Positions 20,154-30,713 of a DNA stretch of 64,000 nt are shown piece after piece; position 1 is the stretch's first letter, and each line of letters begins with the position of its first letter. The notes under the pieces were generated by a model. The model saw only the letters and a program-made list of their open reading frames with translations. It was not told the origin of the DNA and ran no database searches. This stretch comes from an uncultured virus (IMG/VR IMGVR_UViG_3300036766_001722). Lineage: Duplodnaviria; Heunggongvirae; Uroviricota; Caudoviricetes. The stretch lies in the IMG/VR virus record IMGVR_UViG_3300036766_001722; one strand, 5' to 3'. A program made the position numbers and the translations under genes.

Positions 20154-20612
20154 GTGGCACTCCCTGCATGTTCCGCGTCGGTGTTCGGTGGCTTTGAGGC
20201 TGTTACCTCGCTGCCACTGTCCTGTTCGCGGTCCGGCCGTGCTGGCGATCTGCCAAAGCGCGCCGACACCCGATCGATCTGATCGATCGGCGTGGAAGTC
20301 AAGCGCACCGCGATCGTCAACGCGTGCTCGGCGTTACCACCATCGCCGTGGTAGAGTTGGCGCCGTGATGGTAGGGGTGCTGGCAGCGGTGTTCGCGACG
20401 CGCATCGGCAAGCGCCACGCCGAAGAGCTGGCGCGTAACATCGCCCAGGTTCTCGTGTTCGAGCCGCTGTCGGTGCGGTACGTGGTCCGGGAGACGCTGC
20501 GGGGCCGCCGGGCGCGGTTCGGGCTTGGATCGCCGTGGCCGACGTTCACGGACGAGGAGATCCGAGCTTTCGCGGCGGAATGCGAGCGCCGCCTACCCCG
20601 GGCCAGGGGCCG

Positions 20613-21110
20613 CTACCCCTGGTACCAGGTGTAGCCAACCGGATAGGCATGGAATCGACGACCCTGGGCGCGCGATACCGCCGCGCCTGCCCCCCCGCTC
20701 CTCAGGATGCCCGTCTTCGGGTCGACGTAGAGCCCGCCGCGGCTGTCGAGCGTTCCGTCGGACTTGATCATCGGGCTCGTGTCGACGTAACCCCTGCCGC
20801 CGCGACCGAGCCCGGTCGCGTGCTGAAGGATGTGCAACTGCGTCGCCGAACGGAGGTCGAGCTGCGCACGCAGCTCCGAGTAGACCTTCGACCACGGACG
20901 ACCGACCTGGGCGTCGAGCCACCGGTAGAGCGGCTTGAGGTTCTCGTTCAGCTCCTTGCGGTCGTAGACGCGACGCGGGCGCATGCCCTCGTGCTTCGTC
21001 TCGCGCTCGGACCGCACGTCGTCTGTGAGGCGCTTCGTCACCCCTTTGCGCGCACCGTAACCGCCGCGCCGCGGGCGCTCGACGATCACCTTCGCCATGT
21101 CCTCACGCAC
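20613..21110 (-). CDS. hypothetical protein
   Basis: MREDMAKVIVERPR...LNENLKPL...GRPWSKVYSE...LYVDPKTGIL; start 7 nt after -10 box. Confidence 0.65.
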   Translation of the reverse strand: MREDMAKVIVERPRRGGYGARKGVTKRLTDDVRSERETKHEGMRPRRVYDRKELNENLKPLYRWLDAQVGRPWSKVYSELRAQLDLRSATQLHILQHATGLGRGGRGYVDTSPMIKSDGTLDSRGGLYVDPKTGILRSGGAGAAVSRAQGRRFHAYPVGYTWYQG

Positions 21111-21117
21111 AACGTGC

Positions 21118-21146
21118 ATGATGCGACCTGTCCGACAGGTTGTCAA
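21118..21146 (-). promoter_or_regulatory. operator-containing promoter
   Basis: TTGACA-acctgtcggacaggtcg(17)-CATCAT-N7-GTG. Confidence 0.7.
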
Positions 21147-21149
21147 CCC

Positions 21150-21617
21150 TCAACCGCGCGAGCGGATCCGCCACATCAGGCCGCGCTCACCACGATGAAG
21201 CGATACGCGGGTCGTCCGGTCGAGGAGTGCCGAAAGCGTCGCGAGCGTAGCGTCGTCCTCCGCGTCCTCGCCATGCTCGACGTAGAACTTCCCGAACGGA
21301 TCGACGCCGTGCAAGTACACCTTGTGCGGCCAGCCATATTTCATGTCGGCGAGTTCGAGACGCGGGACGCTCACGTCAGCCTGCATCTGCTCAAGCGACG
21401 GCCGCGTCGCGAGGAACTCCTCCGACGACTTGAAGAAAAGACGCTCGTCGAGCGCCAAGAGGTCTGCCGGATGCATCGACCCACAGTAGGAACACGTTCT
21501 CCACGGCGGACGCTTCCCGCCATCAGGATACGCGCCGCCAGGGCCCTGCCACACGATCGGCGCATCCAGATAGCGCGGCGCGTCTGCGTGGGCGCGCGGA
21601 GGGTCTGCCCACGTCAC
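21150..21617 (-). CDS. hypothetical protein
   Basis: RTCSYCGSMHP, ADMKYGWPHKVY; in a run of co-oriented minus-strand ORFs. Confidence 0.6.
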   Translation of the reverse strand: MTWADPPRAHADAPRYLDAPIVWQGPGGAYPDGGKRPPWRTCSYCGSMHPADLLALDERLFFKSSEEFLATRPSLEQMQADVSVPRLELADMKYGWPHKVYLHGVDPFGKFYVEHGEDAEDDATLATLSALLDRTTRVSLHRGERGLMWRIRSRG

Positions 21618-22007
21618 GTCAGTTCACCGTGTTGGTCGGCGTCGTGTTGACGACCGGCTCCACGGTCCCCGGCTCCACCACCTGCGCGCTCCCCGTGCTG
21701 CGAGCGTACGCCGTCGCGTGGTCTTTCAGCCCGGCGCGTAGCCGAGCGACAAGGTGAGCCGGCACGTGCACCCAGGAGTCGTCACCGCCGCGGATGACGA
21801 CCGACCGCCCGTACGGCTGCCGAGAGAGCCACTCGACGGCCTTGCCGAGCTTCGCGGTCTTGATCCTCACCTCGCGCTTCGTGTTCGTGTGAACCGTCAC
21901 GAGGAGGAAGCCGGGGCGCGTCGCGAACTCGATCGAGTCGTGCAAGAGCCAGCCGACGACCGCGATCTTCGCGCCTAGCACTAGATGCCAGAGCCGAACG
22001 AGCCAGC

Positions 22008-22763
22008 TCACGACCCGATCCCGAACGTGATCGTACCGATGACGTCGTCCTTGCCGAGGGCCAGCTTCGGCAGATCTTTCGTCTTGGGACCACCCATGAT
22101 GATGATCCCAGGCTGCTTCTTCCTGGCTTCCTTCGTCATCTTCGCGTGCGCTTCGCGATAGCGCTTCAACCACTCCGCCACGACGTCGCTCGGGGCGAAG
22201 CAGAGCCCTTCGAAGGCGAGGTCGCCCATCTCGTGGCCCCACACAAGGCGTCCACGAGCACGGTTGACGAGACCAGTGCGGAACCCGGCCTCCTTCTTCG
22301 AGACCTTGCCGTCGTCGATGGCCTCCTGCCACTGCTCGCCAGCGGTCGGCGCCTTCTTCTTGCCCACCTTCCTCCACTCCGCGTCGTCGCGCTTGTAGAC
22401 GTCGGCGTAGAGGTCGTGCGCGATGCCGAACACGTCGCCAAAGCGCTTCGACGACACCTGGACGACGCGCGACTGCTTCTCGCTCAAGTAGGCGCTGATC
22501 TCGACCGCGACGTTGATCGTCTTGCCCGGAGGGCGCTTCCAGTCCTTCCTCACACGGCCGCGGCCGAAGCAGTCTTCGAGCCCCTCGGGCGTACTCGACC
22601 CGCGCGGACCGGTCGCGTGCAGCACGTCAGCGAGGTCCGAGTTCCAGTGCGGGCTCCACCACTGCGCATAGACCTCACGGAGCTTCGATCCCTTGTAGAA
22701 CGCGACCACGGGAGGTACCCACGGCGTCTCGTGCCACGTCACGCGCTTCCGCGTCTTCTTCAC
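22008..22763 (-). CDS. hypothetical protein
   Basis: GTGA-coupled ORF with natural composition. Confidence 0.6.
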   Translation of the reverse strand: MKKTRKRVTWHETPWVPPVVAFYKGSKLREVYAQWWSPHWNSDLADVLHATGPRGSSTPEGLEDCFGRGRVRKDWKRPPGKTINVAVEISAYLSEKQSRVVQVSSKRFGDVFGIAHDLYADVYKRDDAEWRKVGKKKAPTAGEQWQEAIDDGKVSKKEAGFRTGLVNRARGRLVWGHEMGDLAFEGLCFAPSDVVAEWLKRYREAHAKMTKEARKKQPGIIIMGGPKTKDLPKLALGKDDVIGTITFGIGS

Positions 22764-23129
22764 GGCTCACCGCCTCGCGCCGCGCGGGCCGCCCTGCAGA
22801 CCGCCTCGATCTCATCGAGCGCAGCCGGGTCCGCGACGATCATGTTCTCGACGAGCTTGCGGATGAGATCGAGAGGCGAGCCCATCTTCTGGCGCTGCAT
22901 CGCAACGAGCAGCTCCTTGATCTCGCGGAGTTCGCGCGCGAGCGCGTCCGGCTCCATGCGTAGCCGTTCGAGAGCGCGCTGTAGCGCGTCGTCCGGCATT
23001 GGAGGTTGGTACGGATAGATCGGACCACGAGGCGAGACCAGCGGGTCGATCCCCGCGCCGTACGCCACGACCTGTGCACCCATGGGAAAGGTGGCCGGGC
23101 CACCACTCGTCATGTCGTCGCTCATGGGA

Positions 23130-23663
23130 TCACTCGCTCTTCCTGGGCTCGAGGCCCTCGACATCGGCGTCTCCCGCGGGCGCCGGGGCCGCGACGCCGG
23201 CCACCGTCGTCGCGCCGCGAGGGTCGAGGGTCGAACCGGGGAGGATCGCTCCCATGAACTCCTCCTTCACCGTCTCGACGGCGATCTTCGTCATGTCGCG
23301 CACGTCCGCACGGCGTTCCGCACGAGCGACCTCGGCAGCGGGCACGAAGTCGTGGTCCACCATGAAGTCGTGCGCCATGATCGTTGGGCTGTGGCACTTC
23401 GGGCACTTGCCGCCGACCTCCGGCCACCGGCGGACGTCCTTGTCGGGACACGCCTCCATCTCTTCCACCGTGAACTGCAGCGTCGCCTTCCACCCGCACG
23501 CGATGCAGTGGAAGAGCGCCTCGTCGGGCGAGCGCTTGCCGGAGAACTTGAGCGCGTAGCGCTTCGCGTCGTCCTGCGTCGTGATGAGCGCGCCGGTGAT
23601 CGGTACGTCCGGCACGACGCCGGGGTCCGCAGGGGGAGCGTACTTCTTGGTGTCGTCGGTCAT
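23130..23663 (-). CDS. hypothetical Zn-finger protein
   Basis: CIACG...CPKC. Confidence 0.6.
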   Translation of the reverse strand: MTDDTKKYAPPADPGVVPDVPITGALITTQDDAKRYALKFSGKRSPDEALFHCIACGWKATLQFTVEEMEACPDKDVRRWPEVGGKCPKCHSPTIMAHDFMVDHDFVPAAEVARAERRADVRDMTKIAVETVKEEFMGAILPGSTLDPRGATTVAGVAAPAPAGDADVEGLEPRKSE

Positions 23664-23905
23664 CGCTTGCCGTTGCCCTTCGCGGTGAGGTACTTGACTG
23701 CGTCTCGCTGCGCCTTGTCTCGAAGGCTCCGATCGATCTTGTCTTCGTCGAACTGATCGATCAAGTAGGTCACGGCCGCCGAGAGGTTCGGCTCACCCGC
23801 AGCGTTCATCCACTCGTTCTGACGAGCGATCGCGAACAGCTTCACGAGCGCTGCGACTTGCCCGCGAAACGTGACGCGGACTGAACGTGCGGAGCCGCTC
23901 GTCAT
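23660..23905 (-). CDS. small protein, possible ribbon-helix-helix regulator
   Basis: VRVTF strand followed by helices and NLSAAVTYLI. Confidence 0.35.
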   Translation of the reverse strand: MTSGSARSVRVTFRGQVAALVKLFAIARQNEWMNAAGEPNLSAAVTYLIDQFDEDKIDRSLRDKAQRDAVKYLTAKGNGKR

Positions 23906-24304
23906 CAGGCCACCCGCGAGAGTGCCTTGACCGACAGGATGTCGATGCCGCGCCAGTAGAGAAGAGCGACGACCTTCGCGCCATTCTGCTCATCGACGAC
24001 GCGGAACTCCCAGAGGTCCGTGCCCTCACCGACCTCACGGCACGACTGCGCCATGAACGTCATCAGCGCCGGTGCCGGCACCGTCGCGTTCTTGCCGTCT
24101 GGCGTCTGGAACATCTGGACGGCGAAGTCCTGCCGATCCGTCTGCACCTGAAACGCCTCCTGCCCCATCAGCCGGAGAACCGGCCCCATGCTCTGTCGCT
24201 TCTCACTCATGTCGTTTCCTCGCGTTCATGAAGCACTTCTTCCGCGGCCGTCCGGAGATCGGCGGCACGGTTCGTCGTGTAGAACTCACCCTCGCTGTCG
24301 CTTG

Positions 24305-25372
24305 TCACGCCGTCTCCTTGAGCCACTGCTGCGCCCACTCGACCCACGAGTCGAGCACTGCATTCCAGGTCCACCGGCGCGCGATCGAGCGCGACTCGCT
24401 GTTGCCGCGGCGCATGATCCACAGTCCGTTTGCAGAGAGCCCGGTGGCAAGCGTCAACGCGAGCGTTTCCGGATCGACAACCGGCGCGAGCCCTTCTTCC
24501 CCAGCCATCAGGTCGAGACCACCGATCGGCACGCCGAGCCACCCGGGCGTCTTCAGCATGAAGTCGCGCTGCCCCGTGACCGGCGTCGCGATGAGTGGTA
24601 CGCCCGCCACGAGGGCCGCGAGGAACATCATCCCAAAGCCCTCACAGCGAGACGGCTGCACAACGGCCACCGCCTTCGCCATATGCGCAGCCAGGGCGGC
24701 GTCCGTGCTCCCGCGTCCCTCCGCGACCTCGACGACCACCGAACGCATGAGGCCGAGGTCGGCGAGCTTCGCCTGCAGCGTCGCTTCGAGAGCCTGCGGC
24801 ACGTGCAGGTGCAGCACGTACGCGCGCTCGAAGAGATCTTTCTTGAGCGCGATCTTCCACGCTTCGAGCAGCTCCTCGGTCCCCTTGCGTCCCGGCCACC
24901 ACTGGTCGGTGGAAAAGTGGTAGACGCTGTTGCTGGACGCGCCCTCTTTGACGTCGAGGTTCACGTAGACGTCGTCCACGCCGAGCGCGAGACGCACGAT
25001 CTCTCCCGGCGTCGAACAGAGCCGGACGGTGTCCTCGCACCACGTCGATGGCACGATGGCCACGCCGAACTTCGTGCACGTCTCCGCGTACTCCTTGCTG
25101 AGGCTGTCCGTGTTCGGACAGGCGAAGATCGCGGACCGGTCCCTGCCATACTCCGCGACGAACGCGTCGAAGTAGTGGCGCGGCGTCGACATGACGATCA
25201 CGTGCGTACCCGGCGTGCCCCCTGTCGCTAGGTCGCGATGAGCTTCCGCCCACCGGTCGTCCAGGTTGACGACCTGACCGAGCAGCCCTTCCTGTCGAAG
25301 TCGGCGCGCGAGGACGCTCGCTACGGTGGCGTAGCTGAACGTGCTCCCGAAGTGACCGACGACGTTGATCAT
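24305..25372 (-). CDS. glycosyltransferase family 4
   Basis: RKGTEELL, PSRCEGFGM, AGVPLIAT. Confidence 0.9.
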   Translation of the reverse strand: MINVVGHFGSTFSYATVASVLARRLRQEGLLGQVVNLDDRWAEAHRDLATGGTPGTHVIVMSTPRHYFDAFVAEYGRDRSAIFACPNTDSLSKEYAETCTKFGVAIVPSTWCEDTVRLCSTPGEIVRLALGVDDVYVNLDVKEGASSNSVYHFSTDQWWPGRKGTEELLEAWKIALKKDLFERAYVLHLHVPQALEATLQAKLADLGLMRSVVVEVAEGRGSTDAALAAHMAKAVAVVQPSRCEGFGMMFLAALVAGVPLIATPVTGQRDFMLKTPGWLGVPIGGLDLMAGEEGLAPVVDPETLALTLATGLSANGLWIMRRGNSESRSIARRWTWNAVLDSWVEWAQQWLKETA

Positions 25373-26700
25373 GGCGGCGAGAGCGTCAGCTCGTTCAGGT
25401 CGATGAGGAGCCCTAGTTGCTCCTTCACCCTCGCCTTAGCGGAGGTCAGCCCGTACTTCTCCACGACCAGCGCCGCGCCCGTCTTGTCCTCGACGCGTCC
25501 GCGCTCGAAGGCGCGCGCCATCGCCTTGCCAAGGTCCGCGGCGTCGTAGACGCCCCACTTCGTCTCGACGCCGAACATGGCGTTGGCGGAGAAGATCTCC
25601 GGATCGACATCCTCCATCCGGTGCGGCACCAGTGTCTCGTTGTCCGTGTCAGACCCGGCGCGAATCATGTCGCCGAGCGCGCCGAAGCCGGTGGCGATGA
25701 CGGGCACGCCCATGCCCTTCGCCCAGATAGCCGGGATGCCGAGCCCTTCGCCGTGAGACGGCGCGACGTAGCAGTCGAGGTTCCCGATCCACTCGATCAG
25801 CTCCTCGTCGCTCTTGTCCGTACCAAGTTCCAGCTCGATGCGCGGCATCTTCTTCGACGCCGGGTAGTCCATGTCACCGAACTCGGCGGCCACCTTCCGG
25901 AGATCAGCAATCACGCTCGCCTGGAAGATGCGAATCGTGTCGTTCGCCTTCATCGAACTCGTGTGGATCCGAAGCACGACGTTCTGGTCGCGACGGAAGC
26001 TCCCGAAGTACGCGCGCGCGAGATCGAGCAGGCCCTTGCGCTTCTGCCACGTGCCGACCGTGCCGAACACGAACGGCCCGTCTGCCCGAGCGACGCGCGT
26101 GCGTGCTTCCGGCCACGGGCCACCGAAGAGCACAGGCGGCACCGTCACCACGCGCCCTTCCGGCACGCCAGCGTTGAGAAACGCGCTGCGGACGAAGTCG
26201 CTCACGACCCAGATCTCACGGAAGACCTCCTCGTTCCTGCACATGCGTGCGGTCGACTTGGAGACCACGTCGCCCTCGAACGCGCAGTACGGCACGAGCA
26301 CGCCGACCGCGGACCGCATCCCTTGAGCGTGGTGCGGCGGATGTGACGCGAAGCAGAGCTGCGCCTTGCCCACCGCGCCCTTCGTCCAGCGCAAGAACAG
26401 CTCGCTCCTGTCCTTCGGGAACCGATCGATGTCGACCTCGCCGAATCGATGCGGGATGAGCTGCGTTCGGTAGCCGAGCGCGTCGAGCGTCGAATGCAGC
26501 GACAGCGCCTGTGCCGTGTATCCGGTGCGCCCGTGCGCGTCGAACGTGTGCCAGAGGCCCTTCGTGTCGTGGCCTGGCGCCGGAGGCGCTACGTATCCAG
26601 GTCCACGAATCGGAGTGCGCTGCACTGTATCGCGCAGTGCATCCAACTCCGGCTCCGTACGATCACTATACTCGGGGAAGGCGTCTTTGGTGTCCGACAT
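25369..26700 (-). CDS. glycosyltransferase family 4
   Basis: RKGLLDL, PSHGEGLGIP, GVPVIAT. Confidence 0.9.
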   Translation of the reverse strand: MSDTKDAFPEYSDRTEPELDALRDTVQRTPIRGPGYVAPPAPGHDTKGLWHTFDAHGRTGYTAQALSLHSTLDALGYRTQLIPHRFGEVDIDRFPKDRSELFLRWTKGAVGKAQLCFASHPPHHAQGMRSAVGVLVPYCAFEGDVVSKSTARMCRNEEVFREIWVVSDFVRSAFLNAGVPEGRVVTVPPVLFGGPWPEARTRVARADGPFVFGTVGTWQKRKGLLDLARAYFGSFRRDQNVVLRIHTSSMKANDTIRIFQASVIADLRKVAAEFGDMDYPASKKMPRIELELGTDKSDEELIEWIGNLDCYVAPSHGEGLGIPAIWAKGMGVPVIATGFGALGDMIRAGSDTDNETLVPHRMEDVDPEIFSANAMFGVETKWGVYDAADLGKAMARAFERGRVEDKTGAALVVEKYGLTSAKARVKEQLGLLIDLNELTLSPP

Positions 26701-27038
26701 GTTGTGTCTTGCTGTCGGACACTATCTCGGTCTCGGCGCGAGCGCAAGCGCCGATAGCTAGACCGCGAACTCTCGCCTCTGACGCGCTCTCGATTCCTCA
26801 AGTCCAAACGGATGAGGATTCGGGCCAGTGTAGTTCGCGTGGAAGCTACACCAGCCATCTGACCACATCCTGCACGCGCCGGTCTCGCCATCGCAGACGA
26901 GGTCGCCACCCTTGTTCCCGCAGCGACGACACGTGAGCGAGGTCCAGCCGCCAAGGTGCCCCGGCGCGACCTCCATGCGCCCCTCGCTCCGCGGCAGGCG
27001 ACCGCACCGAGGACACCAGAACTCCTCGGTCGTGATGA

Positions 27039-27413
27039 TCATCGGCGCGTGTAGGCGGCGAGCGACCGGAGAACCTCCGGGTCCACGTCGCCGCGACGCT
27101 CGAGCCGGCTGTGCAGCATCGACGCCAGCTCACTCGTCGAGAGCTGCTGGCGGACCGGGTTCCGCGAGACGGGCTGGAAACGCTTCACCAGCTCGCTCAC
27201 GATCCACAGGAGCACCAGCGCCACGACGAGCCCGATGACGACCTTTGCGGCAGGGCTCAGGCCGGTGGATAGCGTCGTCGGCGTCTGACCGAACGGCGCC
27301 ATCGAGACGACCGGCGGAGGCGGCAGCGCGAACACATACGCGCCGTCGTCACCGAGCGGGTTGGCGATCAGGTTCGCGCTACGCGCATCCGTCCGATGAT
27401 AGTTGCCGGCCAT
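27039..27413 (-). CDS. membrane protein related to GLG / TM-N family
   Basis: PLGD, PFGQ, TM, VSRNP. Confidence 0.6.
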   Translation of the reverse strand: MAGNYHRTDARSANLIANPLGDDGAYVFALPPPPVVSMAPFGQTPTTLSTGLSPAAKVVIGLVVALVLLWIVSELVKRFQPVSRNPVRQQLSTSELASMLHSRLERRGDVDPEVLRSLAAYTRR

Positions 27414-28648
27414 GGTGTGCCTCTCAGAGGTCGAACTTCGTGGGCGTATCGATCACCGGCACGTCGCGCCCGGTGCTCATGTCGATGTTCACGCGACGCA
27501 CGCGCGACATGTCCGGCACGGCGACCCCGGCCGTGACGCGTACGCCCCAGGAGTGGCAGTAGTCGCAGAGCCACGGCTCGGCGGAAGAGACGACGGGGAC
27601 CTTCATCTCCTCGCTCACGCGACGGCCACGCGTAAGAACGTGCTCAGAGAATCGCTGACGCAGGAACTTCGGCGCCTGGCGATACGGCACGTACTGAACC
27701 GTCATCTCCTTGTTGTCCTCGCGTACGATGAACGTCTCACCGCAGAGAGGGCACATGCCGTGGAGCATCCCCACGCCTTCCGAGGCGTCGGAGTGGCGAG
27801 CCTGCACGTACAGCTCGCACTCGATGATGTGCTGCTCCTCGCCCTTGTTGTTGACGCACGAGATCCACGTCTTCGGCGCCATGTCCTCGGCGTTGAACGA
27901 GTGACGCGTCAGCCGTCCGACCTGACCGGTGCGCTGCCACATCGCGCGACCGACGTTGATCTGCTCGTGCGACATCTTGACGAGATCGCGTTTCGAAACC
28001 TGCCCCGTAACCGTGCTCAAGCTGCATTCTCCTGCGCGCCCCGCGCGCTCATCAGCAGTGCCAGTGCACTGTCGAAAGCTTCGACGATCGCCTGGTCCAC
28101 GATGACCGACGCGTTGTAGCCCACGTTGAAGCCGCGAGCGGTAGCGCCGTCGCCTTCGCCATGGGCCATCCCTTCGATCACCGACACCATCCCCGCGCCG
28201 AGCATTCTTTGCGCGACGCCCGTGATCTCACTCTTCGCGTTCTGTAGCGCACGCCTGTTTCGCTCCATCGCGAGGCCGCAGCAGACTACGCGCCTCTGCG
28301 CATCAGCAAGTCCGTGCCACGTGGCGGCGTTTTCCCCGTCGAGGACGGAGCACGCCGCCTCACCTGCGGCGACGATCGCGTTGTTCACGGCCTCGTTCAG
28401 AGCCACCCCGGCGCTAATCGCCGTCATGAGCGGCTCAGTCGATGCCATGGCCTCGTTGACGGCGGCGTCGCCGTGGCGAACGCGCGCGCCAGACAGCTCG
28501 GCCTCCATGAACATCCTCATCGCCGACGCGCTGCCCGCGGCATGCGCCCCGTCGACGGCCACGTCAGCGAGCATGTCGGCCACGACGACGTCGATCGCCA
28601 TCGACACGACCCGCTTGACCGGCTCGTCGAACTGGACCCAGTCCTGCA

Positions 28649-29077
28649 TCAGCGACGGCTCCGACGACGGCGGCGCGGGTTCTTGCTCATCCCGCCGAAG
28701 ATGACGAGGCCCGTGATGAGCGCCGCGGTGAGCCCGAGGCCAGCGACGATGCCACCGGCACCGCCCGGCGCATCGTCGAGCCCGGCGATCGTGACCGGCA
28801 CGTTGTGCGCCACATGAGAGAGGCACGCGCCCTTGTTCGCCACGCCCTGGCACGCCGCGGCGCGGCGCTTCCAGTAGGCCTTGAAGGAGGGGCTACCCGG
28901 GGGGAGGAACGTAGTCCCGAGGCCGCTGATCGTCACGGGCACGTGGCGCGCGACCTGCGCGAGGCACGTCCCCTCGTCCGCCATGTTGATGCACTGCCGC
29001 GCCTTGGCGTCCCAGAACGCCTTGTAGCCTGGGCTCCCAGGCGGAGCGAAGACGGTTCCGATTCCTGCGTAGCTCAT
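28649..29077 (-). CDS. two-repeat membrane protein, MSY-GLG / TM-NR family
   Basis: MSYAGIG-repeat-ISGLG-repeat-IAGLD-TM-KNPRRRRRSRR. Confidence 0.8.
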   Translation of the reverse strand: MSYAGIGTVFAPPGSPGYKAFWDAKARQCINMADEGTCLAQVARHVPVTISGLGTTFLPPGSPSFKAYWKRRAAACQGVANKGACLSHVAHNVPVTIAGLDDAPGGAGGIVAGLGLTAALITGLVIFGGMSKNPRRRRRSRR

Positions 29078-29367
29078 CAGTGGCTCCTGCGGCGAGAACG
29101 ACGGCGGTTGGCGCTCACGGCCTTCGGCCTGCGCAGTAGCCAGCCGAGCGCGAGACCGGCGACGCCTGCGGCGGCGACCTGGTACTTCAAGCTCGTCAGC
29201 GCCTCCGCGGTGGAGATCGTGGGCGCCGGGCGACCGTCCTTCGCGATCGAGAAGAGGAAGAGCGGATCGCCGCCGCTACTCGTGTCGGGCCACGCGCCCC
29301 ACGAGAGGATCACCCGCTTGATCGGGTTGCTCTCGATCATCGCCGTCGAGCCGAGCGCGTAGCTCAT
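29077..29367 (-). CDS. membrane protein, MSY / TM-NR family
   Basis: MSYALGS...TM...VSANRRRSRRRSH. Confidence 0.75.
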   Translation of the reverse strand: MSYALGSTAMIESNPIKRVILSWGAWPDTSSGGDPLFLFSIAKDGRPAPTISTAEALTSLKYQVAAAGVAGLALGWLLRRPKAVSANRRRSRRRSH

Positions 29368-30110
29368 CGATGACTCTTGCGGTGAGAACGACGACGGTTG
29401 CCACGCAACCCTGAACCGTGCTCGCGAGCACACATGACCTCGTCGCCGACCTTGTACTTGCCCTTCTTCACGATCATCGAATGGCCGCACGAAAGAACAG
29501 CAGTCACGTGCTGCCCCCGTAGCTTTCCACTAGGGCCGAAGGACCGGCGCAGGTCTGTGATGCGCGACTTCGACCACGATCCGATATTTCGACGCATGCG
29601 ACGACGGTTCGCCGTCACGCTCTTCTTGCCGACGACCGCCTTGAGCGCCGAGTAGCTGTAGAAGGCCGAGATGCCCACGCCGACGTAGAGCAGCGCCAGT
29701 GCCGGGGCGAAGTACTTCCACAGGTACGGCGCGATGTGGGATGCCATCGCATCGGTCATCGGACCGAGCAGGTACTTGTCGGTCGCCGCCACGATGGCCG
29801 GACCCTTCGCTCGAAGGGTCGCGTCCGGGTTCGAGAAGATCTGCGACAGCGTATCGGCGACGTCCATCACCTGCTGCGGCGTCACGTCGGCGCCGACTCC
29901 GAGCAGCGGCACGTTCTCGTAGTTGCCGTACTGCATCGAGGCCATGCCCGGCTTGTCGCCCCAGAGGTTCAGGTACTGCTCGCCCCAGACGAGGTTCTGC
30001 GCGTCGTACCCGGCACCAGGGATCGGCGTGACCGTCGTGTGCGGGTACGATCGATACCTACCGAGATTGCGCCGCAAATAGAGCGCGGGCGTGTAGGGGG
30101 CGAGAGCCAT
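29364..30110 (-). CDS. membrane protein, TM-NR family, with extra C-terminal module
   Basis: LLGVG; TM; VTANRRRMRRN; LSCGH module; LRGNRRRSHRK; TACCCT-N6-ATG. Confidence 0.7.
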   Translation of the reverse strand: MALAPYTPALYLRRNLGRYRSYPHTTVTPIPGAGYDAQNLVWGEQYLNLWGDKPGMASMQYGNYENVPLLGVGADVTPQQVMDVADTLSQIFSNPDATLRAKGPAIVAATDKYLLGPMTDAMASHIAPYLWKYFAPALALLYVGVGISAFYSYSALKAVVGKKSVTANRRRMRRNIGSWSKSRITDLRRSFGPSGKLRGQHVTAVLSCGHSMIVKKGKYKVGDEVMCAREHGSGLRGNRRRSHRKSHR

Positions 30111-30153
30111 GCAGGCAGGGTAGCCGAATTCGAGCTGGACCGCGAGCCCGTCT

Positions 30154-30624
30154 TTACCAACGCGATCGCGCCGGTTTTCGACTTCCACGGCCGCGTCCGT
30201 CCGTCTCTGCACGCGCCGACCGACGAGCCGCCCGCTCCGCCTTCTTCGTCTGCACCTGGCCGACGAACATTTCGAGCGCGAGCGCCTTCGCGCGGCGGGC
30301 GACACGTGGCGACGTCGTCCGACCACTGCCGGAGCCCACGACGCCTACGGTGCGATAGCTCGGGTCGAGCACGACAAAGATCGCCGCTCCTCGCGGGAGC
30401 TGCCGAGCGTCGTACTGCGCCTGGCGAAGAGCGCCCTGACGATCATGCACCGGCGTGATTAGGACGTGCGCGACTTGCCTGTCGATACCACCATCAGCGC
30501 CTTCACCGAGCCGGACGATTCGGAAGGCGGAGCGCTCATCGCGCTGCTCGGCGGCTGGTCCTGCGACAGCGCCGGACTCGATGACGGCGTCGACGTCGAC
30601 GACTGCAGCTTGCTCGGGCCCCAT
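30154..30624 (-). CDS. hypothetical protein whose 5' part is duplicated upstream of TnpB
   Basis: All 3 differences between the duplicate copies are synonymous in this frame. Confidence 0.6.
   Translation of the reverse strand: MGPEQAAVVDVDAVIESGAVAGPAAEQRDERSAFRIVRLGEGADGGIDRQVAHVLITPVHDRQGALRQAQYDARQLPRGAAIFVVLDPSYRTVGVVGSGSGRTTSPRVARRAKALALEMFVGQVQTKKAERAARRSARAETDGRGRGSRKPARSRW
30455..30595. repeat. 141-bp direct repeat copy 1
   Basis: 138/141 identical to 32003-32143. Confidence 0.95.
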
Positions 30625-30713
30625 TGCCGCGGACCATACCCCAAGCCCTGCATCGGGAGCAAGTGAACCACCCCGGCCTTCCTACCGTGGCTTCTCGGCG
30701 CCCGCGTGACTGA

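Noticed and set aside
18430..20650. IS1595 terminal inverted repeats
   Set aside because: A right-end-like CCGGATAGGCA lies at ~20639-20649 but I could not match a convincing left end or TSD.
20535..21650. Long Arg/Ala-rich antisense ORFs (this one, 34803-35972, 36449-37669, 56701-58305 and others)
   Set aside because: Shadow frames of real opposite-strand genes in high-GC DNA.
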